Origin: Octopus bimaculoides
Taxonomy: Eukaryota
NCBI RefSeq assembly: GCF_001194135.2
Contig: NC_068994.1
Coordinates: 43,741,119 to 43,804,520, forward strand
Direction: 5' to 3'
DNA length: 63,402 nucleotides
Part shown: piece by piece, positions 61,883 through 63,402 of the stretch
Numbering within the stretch: position 1 is the stretch's first letter
How the letters are laid out: each line of letters starts with the position of its first letter
The notes under the pieces: model-generated
The model's input: the letters and a program-made list of their open reading frames with translations, nothing else
What the model was told of the DNA's origin: nothing
The model's database searches: none
Program-made: the position numbers and the translations under genes

Positions 61883-63236
61883 AGGTGAAGAGCAACATAG
61901 ATAGGATGAAATGACGGTCACTTTGGATTTGGAACATCCCAGTAGATGTTCCTGTGAGGTTGGAGATTAAAACCATGGTATTATTGACTTCCATAAGAAC
62001 TGTCTACTACTTCTGCACTGCTTTCTTTAGTGAAGTTTATTCACCACAATATCTTAAAATCGATGCCCTTCTAGGTTTTGATAAACCAGACCTGTGGGAC
62101 TGAATTAAAGGTCTTCTTGTAATCAATCCAGGCAGCACATGACAGCTGATTATATCATCATCATTATCATCATCAACATCATCCTCATCATCACCACTAT
62201 TGTCAGTGGCAGCGATGGCAAGAACAGCATCATTATTGTCATCGTCATTGTTTCACCTTCATGTAAATAAAGACTGTGTTTTTGAATTCCCTTAGTGCCA
62301 TATTTCGGGCAATAATAGTTAATAATTCTTCTCAGAACACCTTTAACCATAGCTATACCTTTTAAGTTAAAAACAGAAATTTCTCTGCTAGAAATAAAGA
62401 AATGTTGCCAATGGGAATTGTCCACCATTTCATGGAACCCTAATTTCAAACTAATCTATAATTTATTTCTTTAAACTCTTTGCAAAATACTATGGTCAAC
62501 TCATTCTATTTATTTCAGACACTTAGAGTCAGTAGGGTTGTGTCATTTGCACAGAAATAAAATGAAATCAATAACAGTTGTGCTAGAAGCATATAGATAT
62601 TGTTGTATTTTGGGATGGTCTTTTTTTTTTTTCCGAATAACCACATGCACTATATACTCGTTCTTCATTTCAGCTTTATTATTATTTCATATTTTAGTGT
62701 CCTTTGTCTAAAATCTTTCATCACACATCCTGTGACCTCTTCAGCAACTCTCCATCCTATGAGTCTCCTCCTGTGCAGTTTAGGCAATTCTGTGTGTATG
62801 CATTTGTGTATGCATATCTATGTGTTTAGCATGTGCGTTTTGTGTGTGTATGATTTATTTACTAAACTGTTTGTACTCATGTCTTTTATTTATTTTTTAT
62901 TCATTTATTTATTTATTTATTTATTTATTTATTATCTCCCATTCCATCTTAAGTATGTGTATGTGTGTTTTGTGTGCACACGTGTGTGTGTGTGGGGGGG
63001 GGGAGTTATTTATCATACTGTATTTAGTCATCATGTTGTGTAAACACAAAATATAGAATTTAATACATGCAAATACTACCAAGGGTTACACTCATATCAA
63101 CATGAAAGTGCTAACTAGGATTACACTTATCTCCGTATAAAGAAGAGTGTGGCAAACTGTTAGGCAGGCATTTGTAATCATGATTACATGGGAATAGTAT
63201 TCCACTTTCATGTGTAAGTGTGTGTATCATCAGTGG

Positions 63237-63280
<44 letters not shown>

Positions 63281-63340
63281 GGGACAAAATCCAAAATTAC
63301 AGGTAAAAAACTCAATTAAAATCAATTTATAAAAATTAAA

Positions 63341-63402
63341 ATATGTGATAGTGGATTTTCATCGATGAGTTCTTGAAACTTGGTTATTTTCCCTAAAACT
63401 AT
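63341..63402 (+). mobile_element. 62-nt module shared with 7548-7609 (element terminus)
   Basis: 61/62 identity to the reverse complement of 7548-7609. Confidence 0.7.

Noticed and set aside
62700-62750. Minus-strand CUGAAGA + 6-bp stem + GAAA
   Set aside because: No UH site compatible with a stem I and no palindromic stem III

Overview
Very AT-rich, microsatellite-saturated animal DNA from a gapped draft assembly. The SINE families look like those of a coleoid cephalopod, probably Octopus (inference from recalled repeat families). Almost all ORFs in the supplied track are microsatellite or N-gap artefacts. Supported content: (1) the 3' end of an unidentified plus-strand spliced gene (phase-compatible exons 12746-12829, 17019-17103, 18337-18419, with weaker candidates upstream); (2) many tRNA-derived SINE copies of at least four families; (3) retroelement fossils, namely a Penelope-like GIY-YIG endonuclease, an R4/Dong-type RLE C-terminus inserted in (AAT)n, and a CR1-like RT fragment; (4) hAT- and piggyBac-type MITEs plus six unrelated fold-back palindromes. 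The main finding is a set of about 11 minimal type-I hammerhead ribozyme motifs from about 9 unrelated families. Most have a self-complementary stem III that differs between families, some have long or branched stem II insertions or a non-canonical A6, and one is fused behind a tRNA-derived Pol III head. All folds were done by eye; no activity, expression or database search was possible.
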